63,835 nt of DNA, filler included, from Perkinsus chesapeaki ATCC PRA-425 (GCA_013115145.1; 13 parts of 13 records of this genome joined end to end with filler, not necessarily neighbours in it), one strand, 5' to 3'. Positions 9,728 through 22,037 are shown, counted from the whole stretch's first letter. Numbers and translations are program-made. The notes: generated from the letters alone by a model not told the origin.

Positions 9728-12422
9728 CAGTTAGGTAAAAAACCGTCGAACGGAATAAAACCCTAACGGCTAATACATGCCAGTCTCATCAGTCTCGTCT
9801 CATGCTCTTATCGCACGCCACATTTGGGCGAGGATCAAATCACATGTGACACGAGACAGATTACGACCTCACAGTACCACCAGCCTCACCAACGCCTTTC
9901 GATGAGCCATAGATGAGCTGGCAGTGGGGGCACATTGCCTCTCTCGTCCGGGAAGATAATAAGATGTCGGCAACCATCGCCATCTCAGGTAATTGTCTCA
10001 CAGTTATGAGGCAATAATAAAGACCACTTCTATCCCATCCCCCACATATGCCGAGAGTTGCCACCTCCGATAAATGAAGCTTCAATTGGAGGGCAGTTAC
10101 GGTAACTTGAATTAAAGTGCGTGCTGGCATTCTCATATAGGTGTACGAGTGTAATCAAGACTCCTTGCTGGGTGTCTCTTGGTGCTCCGTGTCATTAAGG
10201 CTTAATGATTAAGCCTTCCCGCACTCACACAACCCGTTTGAGCATGACATAAACTAATCTATGAAATGCGGGATAGTTTATATCGACAAACTTAAGCCGT
10301 CCAATGCATGCACTCTCCAACTAACAACGATGGATGACACATAATTGGTATCCCCTGCAGCATGGGATGAGACGCTTGCTCTTGCATGGCGCTTACCTAT
10401 TGTAGGGTTCGGTTTGGTGGCGCGTCCACGGCTAGTCGGGGGGCCCCCGACTAGCCCAACATATGCCCGGCATATGAGTCTCACAAGGGTGGAAGAATTA
10501 CGAATCATAATATATGGCGAGCATCATGATTTATGATGCTCACCACATTTCCGATAAATATAGCTCCTTTACGAGCTTCGCTACGGAGTTGTATGCATAG
10601 ACAGAGGAGATAACCTGGCAGCGCGTCGCGAGCGCAAAAGGCTAGCTTTCCACATGCGTGCGCACTGCTGCAGTGTTATAAAACACCACAAGGATAAGAT
10701 ATATCCGAAAGGGGATAGAGCAGTAAACAGAGTGAGTGACGAGTAGAACATCACGAGTGGATAAAGCTAGTAATAGTGTGGTACAACAATTGTGCGATAG
10801 ACAGGAGCTGTGTGAGTAACCCACAGTGGGTTATATAGTGCACTGCGCAGGTGACGCACCGTCTGTGGTAAACCATGGGACCTAACTGATGCCAAATAAG
10901 CAACCTTGGGTAATGTGGTGCCACTTTCGTTAGCCTTCATGGTACACAAGGGGTTTTAGTAACCTCGTCTAAGTCTAAACTCTCAGCAATAACTGGTCCC
11001 TGTCGCCGCTCGATGATGAGGAGTCCTCATTGACGCATACCTATACGGTATGCGTGCGCCAGGTGTGGTGTATGCCTAGTGGTGTGCGCGCATCGAGGCT
11101 CACGGTTTTCCATTTGACACGGGTCAGCTCCTAGTGTGACCCACAGAGATAAGAATAATCTTGTAATTACTTGAAGTAATTTACTTCGGGTATGTTTCGA
11201 GGCTCGGAATTCGAGCGATAGTGGCGACCCACACCGATAGCTGCAGCAGTTTATTTTACACAGGCACCCAGTGGCGATAAATCGATTTGGAGAATGGTGA
11301 AGCATGCCACCATGCTATCACTGTAGTCAGTCTTGTGAAATAGATACTCCGCAGATGAGGTTGCAGCTGTAGCAAAGAGTTTCCCTCTGCAACTCAACGC
11401 CTGCTGGAATCTGATTTGCTGAACAGCGTTCAGTGGACACTCCGTTAGCCACCCAAACTCAACCTCCTAGAGTACTACACCTTTTTAACATCAAGCTCGC
11501 ACTCGACTGGCAAATTTGAACGTACGAATCCGAAACGGAAAGATCTACTTGGGATTTTCGATTTCGCCATGGGATTCCCAAGTTCGACAAAAAAGTTGGC
11601 AGTACCAACTTGGTACGGTCAAGTTCGCCGGTTGGACAATGAATTTCGCCGTAGGATCTTTGATTTCGCGTTCGGAGTCCGGATTTCGGACTTCAGTTGG
11701 TCAGATACGATGTTAAGGGTGATATCTCATCTTCTAGATTTCTATGACCAGATTTTATTGTTGAAATTGAGGCTGTCTCCCATCGCCTCGGGGTCTTTTT
11801 CCGCGTCATTGCCTCCCGCTGGTTCCCAGGCTTCGGCACCACAACCACCGCTGATGAATGAACATACGCCGACTGCATCTGACCTACTAAGCGTTAGAGT
11901 TAGCAGCGATTCGTATGACCATGATTTTTCGTGCTCTCACTGGTACTTTAAATTTGCAAACGAAGCGAACAGGGCGGCAAAGAATATAACAATGTTGTTT
12001 CTCGGAGCAGCGGCGGGTGACTCTGACTGGCCAACTTGCCCGGGCCAAGTGCTCCCGACTGGTGAGTGAGCTTATCATTGTTTCAACAGGCCTCGGAGAC
12101 TCGGATTCTGATATGGACTCTGACAGTGATTGCATGCCCCCATTGAGTTATCGTTCACTCGGTGACATGATGTCACCGATGTCCGCGATGTCACTGACAT
12201 CGCGTTTCCCAACGGAGTGGGGCGATTCGCGCCGCGCGAATGAGAATAACGATTCAGTTGTGATGCAAAGCGGAGTGACACATAATCACTTCCATCGATC
12301 AGGAGGGAGAAGCCCCATGAGAGATGTTGGAGGCAGCCGGAGCCTCAATGACGTCACAGAGCTGGTACCACTCGCACTCATCAGTGTAACCGAAACTGCT
12401 GACTGACTTTCGAGAGTTCACC

Positions 12423-12700
12423 ATGGGCAGGTATGAAGTGTTGAGGGAATCGCGTGGAAGGCTTCACGCGCTGCACAAGGTGAAGCTCCCGAGTTTGTCG
12501 GATAAAGAGAGACAAGATTCCCTCAACGAAGTTAAGACTTGAAAATTTTCTATAGGGATTTAAAGAGCGCGAATGTTTTCTTGACTTGCAACGAAGATGT
12601 TAAACAGGGTGACCTCAACGTCTCCAAACTTGCCAAACGCGTGGTGCTTTACACTCAAACTGGAACGCCTTATTATGGCAGCCCTGAAGTGGGCATTCTT
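12423..12700 (+). pseudogene. NIMA-related (NEK) kinase pseudogene with internal deletions
   Basis: MGRYEVLR...ALHKVKLPSLSDKERQDSLNEVK then a stop, joined directly to RDLKSANVFL...GDLNVSK...TQTGTPYYGSPE. The Gly-rich loop and subdomains IV-VIa are missing. Confidence 0.85.
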
Positions 12701-14569
12701 TCAGGTATTCTTCAGCCCCACTCTAACACAGGTAACATTCTCTGCCTCGTTGGCGCCGATTACCGCGTGTAGGTTGTATGGGTTTTGGGGACAGTAATTG
12801 ACCCTTAGCGGTGTAGGTCTGCCCCCACCTTGCCCCCCCACTGTCAAGTACCCAGCTACGCCACTGACTGTGGAGCCCACAAGTCTGTACGATATCTAGG
12901 CTTGGTCTTGAAGGGACTAAGTCCCTGGGACTTGTAGGAACAACTTTGTCCGAAAGCTATCTTTTCTAAAACTCAATCATGCGGACTAGACTTAGCATGC
13001 GTTTTTTTCACGATGCCAAGCTGGCTTGCCATCCTACCATGGAGGCCATTAGCTTCTTGTATGAGAGTAGAGCTAGACTAGTTCTACTAGTACTAGCGAC
13101 GCAAGAGTCACTCTGTGTTGCAAGTCCGTTAATCCTCACGAGCGTCCGTGATCACGGGATATACGCCGAATATGAAAGGCTAGCTGCCCATCATGCGCAA
13201 AAGCTTTTACAGACCAGATAACACCAAAACGGTAGCTCCAGGCTCGAGCATGCCTTGCACGCCGGGCAATCATCCGGCACAACAGGACAAACGGGGAGGC
13301 ACTGTAGACATGAGTTCCGTTTTCTAGGCGATTTCTCAAATAGTCCTATGAAAACGGTCCATCCGTCGTTAATTATGCATATTCCATAAATTGCACCACC
13401 ATCCAACGTGAATTCTGAGTCCTTCCCATATTTAATAACTATTATTCATTTTCAACGTGTCAAACTTGGGAGAGTATCGTAATTCTCGGGTGTGTTAATG
13501 TCAGGGTTGGACCCAATCAATCAAGAGATGGCCCAAACTAGATGTGAAGTACGAAACTTACACATGATACTCCGGCTTATGTTAAACATGGATTCGTATT
13601 GACTAGCGAGTCATCTAGCATCACAGAAACTTGTCCGGGGGAAGGTGGTTTGGTGAAAAATGCTCCAAACGCAGAGATACAATGGAAACTCGTTCAGAAA
13701 GGATGTTCATGTGTGTGGCTTGATGGAAACGTGAAATGCATTCGTTCTATGACTCCCTACTATTGTCGTTCTAGGATGGGACACGAGACTGCTGCCTGTC
13801 CGTTTATTAAAGTTGCACGGGAAGTGTAATAGAACCAATGAATGTGTCTATAATAAAACGCCGAGGTGGGCGTAACCCGACTGATTTATATGTCTTGTTT
13901 GGAGAGCCCCCACAGCCCCGTCATCAGCGTGCATGCATCTTGGTTATATATACAAGCTGGTACTGTACAAGTTGTTGTCCTTCAAAAGCTTCCGACAAAA
14001 ACCAGAAACCGCTCCATCAAACCGATGAAAAGGAGCAGTTGATGAGTTACCGCGTTTTGTTCACCCGCGCAGGCCAAGCGAGCACTGTGCTGGAATGGTG
14101 GGATCAGTGGACTTTCCACGAGTCGTGGACCACGAATCCACCCAGGATGTTGGACTCCCCAGTTGTTGTTCGGTCTTCGTTTATAAAGGCGAACACAAGA
14201 CGCAAAGGGGATCAGCGAAGACTTCTTCCGGCTTTTTCTCGCAAGGGGAATCAGGCGAGCACGCATGCACGATTGAGCGGGCAGTAGCACCAGCGCATTG
14301 GTGAAGCAGAGTGAAGCCTCATAGTGAGCAGGTCACCGAACGAGAATCACAGTCTCTGTCTCGCAGCATACTTCGGGAGCAACGCTTCTGCCGAGGCTTC
14401 CAGGCTGGCTTCAGAAAGTACTCCGAAAACATTCGGTTTGATAGCATTTGTTCCAGCGCCTGGATACCTTCCTTGGGCTCCATAGCTGATACGTTCCCGC
14501 AGGACAATATCATAAGGATACGATCAGGTTGGTTTCAGAATATATTTTTTCGAGATAGCCATCTTTGTC

Positions 14570-15151
14570 ATGTTGGGTAACATCGCCATCTTCTGCTTGC
14601 TCGGGGCCTTTGTAGAAGCCCTGTCCTCGGTGAGGCTGTCAAATTCCAACAACAGCTCTGTAAAACCTACTTTGAGCCCCAAGGATGTAAGTAGAAAGTC
14701 TTGACACTGCGGCGTTGAGACTACGTGGTGCGAGGGGCCCACACTGTAAGGTCTGAGTCTCATCTTAGTGCTTCTGTTTTCAGGACTACTGCCAGTCCCT
14801 GAGCGGATCCAACAACATGAGTGACTGTGGTCGTTTTGGTTCTTATTGCAAACCCTTCGGCCCCCCGGAGGATGGAGTTGGAGTTTGTCAAGGATTGTAA
14901 GAGCAGGTATCCGTTCCTTCTTCGGTGAGCCCGAATGGTCAGCGTAGCCGTTACCTTGTCAGTTACTATCTTCCCGACAACACTACATGTTTCTTCAACA
15001 CTCATCCTGATCCGGCAGTGTGCCCGGAAGATAGACCAGTCTTCTGTGATGGGAATACTACTACTACTCCCGCCCCGACCAGTACGCCCGAGCCTGGCCC
15101 CACAACTACCACTGAACCTGGCCCTACAACTACTACTGAACCTGGCTCAAG
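14570..15151 (+). CDS. Small secreted Cys-rich protein with Thr/Pro-rich stalk; interrupted downstream by a non-LTR element
   Basis: Exons 14570-14686, 14784-14896 and 14963-~15151 splice in frame (GT-AG): signal peptide MLGNIAIFCLLGAFVEALS, DYCQS...SYCK...VCQGFYY...CF...CP...PVFC, then TTTTEPG repeats. Confidence 0.8.
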
Positions 15152-15167
15152 GTTAGTTGTTTCATTT

Positions 15168-16622
15168 ATGACTATTCAACGTTCGCCCGTCCATCCCACC
15201 CCCGGCATCTCTCCGTCATCGAAGGCCCCTGGCTCGCCTTCTGACAAGAGAACTAAGGAGGGTATCAAGGACCTGCATGAGGAACTCCAGCAGAAGTTGC
15301 GCAGTGTGGATTTGGAGGCGCAAGGAGCTTACAAAGAAGTGAACAGGATTCTCTCGGACTCCATTGTCGAGGGAAGGTACTACAAAGGGAGTGTGAGCTT
15401 TATGCGTGAATGTATTATTCACCTGGCTGAACTTTTCGGAACAAAATGCGAGGAACTAGCAGCCGAAAGATTGCTGAGGATTGCTGCGATGGAAGAGTTG
15501 TCGGCCCTTAAAGCGGCTGCCGAGCGTAGTGAGGGTGAAAAAGAGGGGCGCAAACGCAAACGCGTCAAGGCCAAAGACGCAAGGTTGCAAGGGCCGGGAG
15601 ACCCTGTCAGCCCATCTCACATGGATATAGACGGCGTCGACACGGCAAGCGTCGACACTGAGAGCGTTGACACGGCAAGTGTCGTCACGGAGGGGGATGG
15701 AAGAGCTCTAGCACTTCCGGCTCCTGGCCCACCCGGACAGAGGCGTATAATCTCACGTCCGCAGCAAAGGGCAAAAGCAGGCTGGGTTGAGGTGGCAAGG
15801 AGGCCACCCAAACCGAGAAAGAGCCCGTCGGAGGCATTACAAGCTCAACCAAGGGAGAAAAGACACCTCGTGCTCCATGTGGCTATCAAAGTAACGGAAG
15901 CTGGGGAAGGCAAGCCTTGGCCAGAGGCGAGTGAACTCGACATCCAAATATGTCGCACTAAACTCGGCGAGGCGGTGGCAGTGCACACTGACTGGAAGAT
16001 AGTGAACACCTGGAAAGTGAGGTACGGTCTGGCCATGGAAGTGGCTGACCAGAAAACATTTGACGACATCGTCAAAATCCCCCCAAAAGACCTCGTAGTG
16101 AGAGATCTGCCAGGTAAGAGGACGGAACTGATCATTGAAGGGATACCGGAAGAGGTGGGAGAGGAAGGAACCCTGCGGCGTGAGCTGCAACTGCGGAATG
16201 GAATCACGGCAGGGTACGAGGTCATCAAGATCAGTAAGAAAAAGGGGGGCAATAATGCCATCTTGAGGATGGACCCAGAAGCGGCAAGAGTACTTCTGGA
16301 GAAGGGCGCGAACAGAATTCCCATCTATGTAGGATACTCCAGAGTTAGAGTGAAGCCGCACGTCTTCACAAGGGTTTGCTTCACATGTGGGTTGAGGCAC
16401 AAGGCGGGGGAAGAATGCACGGCGGCGGCAAGTTGCGCCTGGTGCGGAGAAGAGGGACATCAAATGAGGGAATGCGAACGCTTACCCTCCGACCCAGGCC
16501 GTAAGTGTCTTCATTGTAAAAAGACAGGACACGGTTCTGTGGAGTATAGGAAATGCGACGCTGTGAATGGGCTCCTGTCGACCCAGACAGGACACAGGGG
16601 GAAGCCTACTAGGCCTCAATGA
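15168..16622 (+). CDS. Non-LTR ORF1 (gag-like) with three Cys/His knuckles
   Basis: CFTCGLRHKAGEEC, CAWCGEEGHQMREC and CLHCKKTGHGSVEYRKC at the C-terminus; likely start MTIQRSP. Confidence 0.88.
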   Translation: MTIQRSPVHPTPGISPSSKAPGSPSDKRTKEGIKDLHEELQQKLRSVDLEAQGAYKEVNRILSDSIVEGRYYKGSVSFMRECIIHLAELFGTKCEELAAERLLRIAAMEELSALKAAAERSEGEKEGRKRKRVKAKDARLQGPGDPVSPSHMDIDGVDTASVDTESVDTASVVTEGDGRALALPAPGPPGQRRIISRPQQRAKAGWVEVARRPPKPRKSPSEALQAQPREKRHLVLHVAIKVTEAGEGKPWPEASELDIQICRTKLGEAVAVHTDWKIVNTWKVRYGLAMEVADQKTFDDIVKIPPKDLVVRDLPGKRTELIIEGIPEEVGEEGTLRRELQLRNGITAGYEVIKISKKKGGNNAILRMDPEAARVLLEKGANRIPIYVGYSRVRVKPHVFTRVCFTCGLRHKAGEECTAAASCAWCGEEGHQMRECERLPSDPGRKCLHCKKTGHGSVEYRKCDAVNGLLSTQTGHRGKPTRPQ

Positions 16623-17692
16623 CTTCTCCCCGTGGGGGAAGGACAGAGGGAGGTGCAAAGGGGGAAGGTCGCCAGAGGAGGGCCAGCTACTTCGCCTCGC
16701 TGAACTTAATGAGATCACCAGGGGCCTTCGCGGCCGCAGCAAGGGAGTTCTCTATAGCGGGCACGGACATCGTCCTGATACAAGAACCACCGGTACGGTT
16801 GCCCAAGTGGATTAATACTTATAAAGTCTTAGCCGCTGAGGGGGTTGAGCGCTGTCGGGCTGGCATTCTGGTTCGGAAGGAGGTGCCGCATCGCATCACC
16901 CTGGCTGGCAGGGACTACATTGAAGCGGAAGTGAAGCTGGAGGGTGCTAGCCGCTGGATTACGATCTCCTCGATCTACCTGGACCGAGACATTGACGTGG
17001 AAATGGTTCTGAACCGAATCAAAGGGAACGGATGGAAGGTAGTTGGAGGCGACCTAAATAGCCTATCAACTGAGTGGTGCTCGGACGTCGAGCGTAACAG
17101 TAAATCGGTCCCAGGGGGGGTAGCAAGAGGGCAAGAGGTGGAGAAATGGGCTCTGACGGAGGGCTTTTCGTGCATCAACACGAATGAAGGTATCCCCACG
17201 TTTAGGAATAGCAGGTGGAGCTCGTCTATTGACGCAGTCTTCTTAGGCAATGCCCTAGTTCCGCTCTGCTTAGGGGGAGCGCGAGTCTGGGAACAGGCCG
17301 GGATCCCCTCGGACCACGAGCCTCTGATTTTCAGCCTTTCAACAGATCCATGCAAGGGTAACTACTGTACCACAAAGAAGGGCAGGCGCAACCCGAGGAA
17401 TACCGACTGGGACAAGTTTGGCAAACACATGGCTAGGCAAAGAGTCGGAGGAGAGATTCTTCGAGCGGAGGACCTGGAGAACAGGGCACGCGCTCTTCAG
17501 GACAGGATTACACAAGCAGTGAGGTTATCTACTAGAAGAAGCACAACAGGTAGAGAGGGTAGCAAGGAGTGGTGGACGCCAACACTGGATAAACTACGGA
17601 AGAACTATCAACGGGAGAGAGGCAGAGCAAGGGCCCACCAAGGGGACTCCGCACTTCACGCAAGGGAAGTGGAGGCAAGACGGTCGTTCCTC
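16619..17692 (+). CDS. Non-LTR ORF2, apurinic-like endonuclease domain (RT lies beyond the segment end)
   Basis: LNL, DIVLIQEP, SIY, GGDLN, PTF, SSIDAVF, SDHEPL and downstream WWTP motifs. Confidence 0.93.
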
Positions 17693-17792
17693 NNNNNNNN
17701 NNNNNNNNNNNNNNNNNNNNNNNNNNNNNNNNNNNNTTAATTAATTAANNNNNNNNNNNNNNNNNNNNNNNNNNNNNNNNNNNNNNNNNNNN
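17693..17792. other. Artificial contig linker
   Basis: N44-TTAATTAATTAA-N44. Confidence 0.98.
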
Positions 17793-18076
17793 AAGTTCCT
17801 ATCAACTTTGATCAGTCAAGAAATTCATGGGTTTTCTGCTGCTCCAACTTGAAATATATGCCACCCATGGCTTTCGGTTTCGGTCCCAATGGTGCGGTCC
17901 CGTTGGTTTTCACGGCCGTTAACTACGTCATAGTAGACAAAGGAGTATGCGTTCTCCTTTTTAAGCCTGAGAGCCGTAGTGGTACTTGGACGCTCCCATC
18001 AACCATGCTCATTGGTAACTACTTCGAATTCCAGCCCAGCCAGGAGCGAATTGGAATTGCTCGTCTTGTTCGCTGA
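17793..18076 (+). CDS. C-terminal fragment of a pepsin-like aspartyl protease family protein
   Basis: WVFCCSNLKYMPPMAF...NYV...CVLLF...WTL...LIGNYFEF...RIGIARL resembles pepsin-fold C-termini. Confidence 0.6.
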
Positions 18077-19697
18077 AGGTCCTGCTGTGTGTATCGAGCC
18101 ACTAGATTTGTAATCGAGTGGGTTCACCTCGTGCGCATAATTTGTGGCACTCCGTGAGTGGAAGTATCTCGCTCTATCTCTCCCAACTAGTTAAACAGCT
18201 TTGATGGGAACGAGATGAGTCTTTCAGTAAATATATTATCCCGTCCGTAGGAAACCATAGACGATGCTTTGTCTTCAACGTACGGTCTCGGCGGTCATTG
18301 AGATCAACATGGTAATGACAAACTGTTGTCAAGAAAACTTGGTAGAAGTTTATCCTTGTTGTCAGCTACGCGGTCGAGTAACTCGACTGGAGAGCACTCG
18401 CTTCTACCACCTGTGCACTCTGCCCCGTTGTTCTAAGTATTATTTTTTTTGGCGATTCTGACTATGACTCCGATCATTATTTCTTTTTATTCGCGATTAT
18501 CATGATCATTCCAGTATTTATTCATCTCGGTTCTATGGCCTTTGGGTAGTTGCATATGGAAGGCTACAGCACTGTTCAAGTCCAAATAGTACTTTTGGTC
18601 GAGTTGATAGCGGTGGGGTTACCGAAGTATTCGGTCCAAAGAGCTGTCATCGTAATCACCACAGCTAGAAAGCCGACGAATGCGCTAAAGCGATTTTACA
18701 TCCCTTCCACGAGCGAAATATGCGTGGGCCGCATCAATGGAACGGCACACTAAAGCTTGGTATTGGGCGGTCTCTCCTTCGTTGGAAAAATATGTTCATG
18801 CTTCAATTATAGCGACGACACCTCAAACACTTCTGACATGTAGTAGTTCTCCTATGTCATATCTCTCGCGAGTAGAAAAGGCTCTCCAATTCGCTCTGAA
18901 GGAAGCATGGCTTTTTTCTGCTGGGTAGTCATGGCTCAATTTGAGAACCCACGTCCGTCCGGAGCGTGATGAATGCGGGTTGTGATAACGCGCATTCATC
19001 AGAAAGATACCTTACTCGATAGGCCGCGTAGGTTTCTATACTCTTTCGATATGTAGAATACATCTCAGCTACCTCGTGAAGGTTTACTTGTAAGTAATTG
19101 ACGCTCAAGAGATGTGCCTGGCGTGATAATGAGACAGTTTGAGGTAAGCGTATATTCCTTCCGTGCTACCATCTCGAAGCCTCGAGGCGTTGGTGGAATC
19201 CCCGAGCTGAAATCGGTGAAATCCCGCTGGCGTAACTTCTTTGTCTTAACCCGTTTCCGCCACTTCCGGGAGCGATTGCCAAAGTCATACAATCCCGGGC
19301 CGACAGTGTCGGCACACTCAGACTGCGTGGCGCAAACAGTCCTCGAGTGTTTTTTTATTTGGGAAATTCCCGCACCGGTTCCTCTGAGATCGGTTTGTAC
19401 CAGGCCACCCGACCAGACCTGCGCGAGCCGTAACGCGTAGCGCAATCCGGAGTGGGATATCTAACTTCTCCGTAAAGCGGAATCCGCATGCTGTCAAACT
19501 TGAATGCAACTGCGAAAAAACTTGTGCACTTGCGTACCCAAAGCCTCATGTCGAAACACCGCCATGCCCATGCCGTTTTTAACTTGAGAATGCTCCGCTT
19601 CATGACTAATACAATAAATATATCGCTGTGCCCCTAAGCTAGGGCTCTCTCTACTATTAGGTGCCCCCATGGAGTCGCCAACTGATCTAGGATCGTC

Positions 19698-19797
19698 NNN
19701 NNNNNNNNNNNNNNNNNNNNNNNNNNNNNNNNNNNNNNNNNTTAATTAATTAANNNNNNNNNNNNNNNNNNNNNNNNNNNNNNNNNNNNNNNNNNNN
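19698..19797. other. Artificial contig linker
   Basis: N44-TTAATTAATTAA-N44. Confidence 0.98.
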
Positions 19798-20577
19798 ATA
19801 TCTAAAATGTTCACAATTCCCCAGCGTTTAGAGGGTTCAATGAAAGTCAGGCGCGAACAGTATCCCGTTCGCCACTATATTGCGTCCACCATTCACAAAG
19901 TTATGGGTGATACCCTTGGAATGGTGGCAACTGAAATTTCGGACAAAAGGTCCGCTTATAAGCTCTGGCTCAAATCGCAATTATATGTTATTATTTCTAG
20001 AGTTAGAGCTATGAATAATATTTATTTCGTCGGTAGTATTGACGACACGATGGGGGCCATAAGGACATTGCTCCATCAATCCACGCAGTGGGATGGTTAC
20101 GTGCGTCACATAGTAGGTATTTTAACTGGCGCTCCTGCAGCACCGCCTGTTATTCAAATGAATCTCAGGCCATTTCGTCCTAGAGATACTCCCGTTCCCA
20201 GCGATTTACGGGGGTATGTCTATGTCATTGTCGCAAGTAGGCACACTACTGTGTCCTACATTGGACAATGTAGGAATCTTAGGCAACGGATAAATGAGCA
20301 TAATAGCCGTTCATCCGGTGCGAGATTCACTGCCCTGGCGCAGTTCCAGCCGTGGGCCTGTTTAGCGTATATAGTTGGTTTCGACCAATCTGTAGATGAA
20401 AGGGACAATCGTAGGAATCGCGAACAGGTTGAGCATACTTGGAATGCTGTAGCGAACAACCTGTACAACGGTAATCCGACACCTCAAAATGTGTTGGATG
20501 CCTGGCAGCGAGCTTATGATGCCGCTCTGCGTCGGCGCTTCCCCAACCTTGTTATGGTACAATGTGGGGACTTATAA
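19798..20577 (+). CDS. C-terminal part of a PIF1-like helicase fused to a GIY-YIG (SLX1-like) nuclease
   Basis: Helicase motifs EQYPVRHYIASTIHKVMGDTL and SQLYVIISRV, then GYVYVI...SYIGQCRNLRQRINEHN...GARFT...PW...VGF in the same frame. Confidence 0.8.
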   Translation: MSKMFTIPQRLEGSMKVRREQYPVRHYIASTIHKVMGDTLGMVATEISDKRSAYKLWLKSQLYVIISRVRAMNNIYFVGSIDDTMGAIRTLLHQSTQWDGYVRHIVGILTGAPAAPPVIQMNLRPFRPRDTPVPSDLRGYVYVIVASRHTTVSYIGQCRNLRQRINEHNSRSSGARFTALAQFQPWACLAYIVGFDQSVDERDNRRNREQVEHTWNAVANNLYNGNPTPQNVLDAWQRAYDAALRRRFPNLVMVQCGDL

Positions 20578-21461
20578 CTTTTTTACTACTTTATATTATT
20601 TATAATTAATAAATACAAGTTTTTATAAGTACATTAAATAATTTATAGTTGACTGGCCCAAATTTATAATGATTTTTTAAGTATATTAAATGAAGCATGC
20701 CCGTGTAAAGAGTGCGGCTACACCAACCTGCTCATCCCTTTGCTGGATGCTAGCAGGAAGGATCGGCGAAGTGACTCGAGCTCGTGAGGTTCCCACCCCG
20801 GAGGGTTACTCACAATGAGCAATACCAGCTTCCCACTTCGTCCGATGCCACCTGTCGAGATTGCCTGTAACCCTTCGGGGTCTGCTTATCTCACTTTGTG
20901 ATAAGCAGGGCATTCTTTATGCTTATTTCGCTTTTACTGAACTACGTATTTGTGGAATTAGTAGTTAGATCTGTGATAGTACTGCGCTTTTACCGATAGT
21001 CAGATTCAGTATGATGATGGATGATGGTGTCTGGTGGTGATGGTTGATGGTGATAGTTGGTGGTAATGGCTGATGGTTGGCAGGCAGGATGATAGCGGGG
21101 GAACTGTGGCTTGGCGGCTGGTGGATGAGAGTAAACTCTGAGAGGATGATTAAGTCGTGTAACATTCTTTGTATTTTTTCGTATACGTTGTATTATTACT
21201 TTTTTGATGGGGGTTACTATCGTACTACTTTACTAATACTTATTAACGTTCGCTGTAGATCTTTAGAGCACTAGGCCGCTTTCTCAAGAACTTCCGTGTA
21301 TATGCTATCGAAAGTAGTAGATCAGTGGCTATTTTCTCATGTGAGATTGACTGTGGAATATCTGCAATTCGTTTAGAGCAATAGTTCATTGGGGTTCTCC
21401 CCAAGCTAGCTACTAGTAGTCTCTGATGCGCAAGTACCTCTGCCCTGGTCTGGTACATTAT

Positions 21462-21561
21462 NNNNNNNNNNNNNNNNNNNNNNNNNNNNNNNNNNNNNNN
21501 NNNNNTTAATTAATTAANNNNNNNNNNNNNNNNNNNNNNNNNNNNNNNNNNNNNNNNNNNN
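21462..21561. other. Artificial contig linker
   Basis: N44-TTAATTAATTAA-N44. Confidence 0.98.
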
Positions 21562-21983
21562 AAGGAATATTGTGAATAAGTTACGGGCGATAATAATTTT
21601 ATCAACCCCACCTATCTTGATGAAGATCGATATTAAATAAGACTAGAGTGCGATATATCATTTAAAGCACAGCAATCATCGTATGACAGAAGCGAGCAAG
21701 ACCAAGGGCACCAAACATTCTACCAGAGACCATATAGTGAACTTTGTGGGGACAGGATAAACTCTCCTTGAACTAGATAATATTTCACAGCAGAAAATTC
21801 AGTGTGCTTTCCATTACCCATCTTTCATATCACATCCAGGCAGTGTTGAGAATAATACGACATTAACCCTTCCCCTTAATTACTATTCAATCCTCGCAAT
21901 TGTCGCCTTCTAGTTCTCCAGCTCCTCCTGAAGACTGGGAACACTTTCTCCATTGCGCGAACCAATTGACGTACCTAAACAAC

Positions 21984-22037
21984 AACTCTAACTTCCCAAT
22001 TGCCGATAAAAACTCTAACTTCCCAATTGCCGATAAA
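21984..22037. repeat. Exact 27-bp tandem duplication
   Basis: AACTCTAACTTCCCAATTGCCGATAAA twice. Confidence 0.9.

Larger units (their letters stand above)
15152..17692 (+). mobile_element. Non-LTR retrotransposon (APE-type, R1/I-group-like), 3' part cut by linker
   Basis: Gag-like ORF1 followed by an APE ORF2, overlapping at ATGA (16619-16622). The 5' boundary is approximate. Confidence 0.9.

Noticed and set aside
9700-9860. PBS and LTR upstream of ORF 9168-9727 (TGGTGTTACCCAC on the minus strand)
   Set aside because: Not preceded by a CA LTR end, and no second LTR is available for comparison.
11500-11700. TTTCG/GTTCG-rich stretch as a transposon end
   Set aside because: The motif is too short and irregular, with no terminal signature or TSD.
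14925-15167. N-terminus of the listed 565-aa ORF as part of retrotransposon ORF1
   Set aside because: It is intron plus exon 3 of the host secreted gene; ORF1 more likely starts at 15168.
20695-20760. Helitron 3' terminus (hairpin plus CTAG) after the helicase-nuclease ORF
   Set aside because: No well-paired hairpin at the right distance from a CTRR end.
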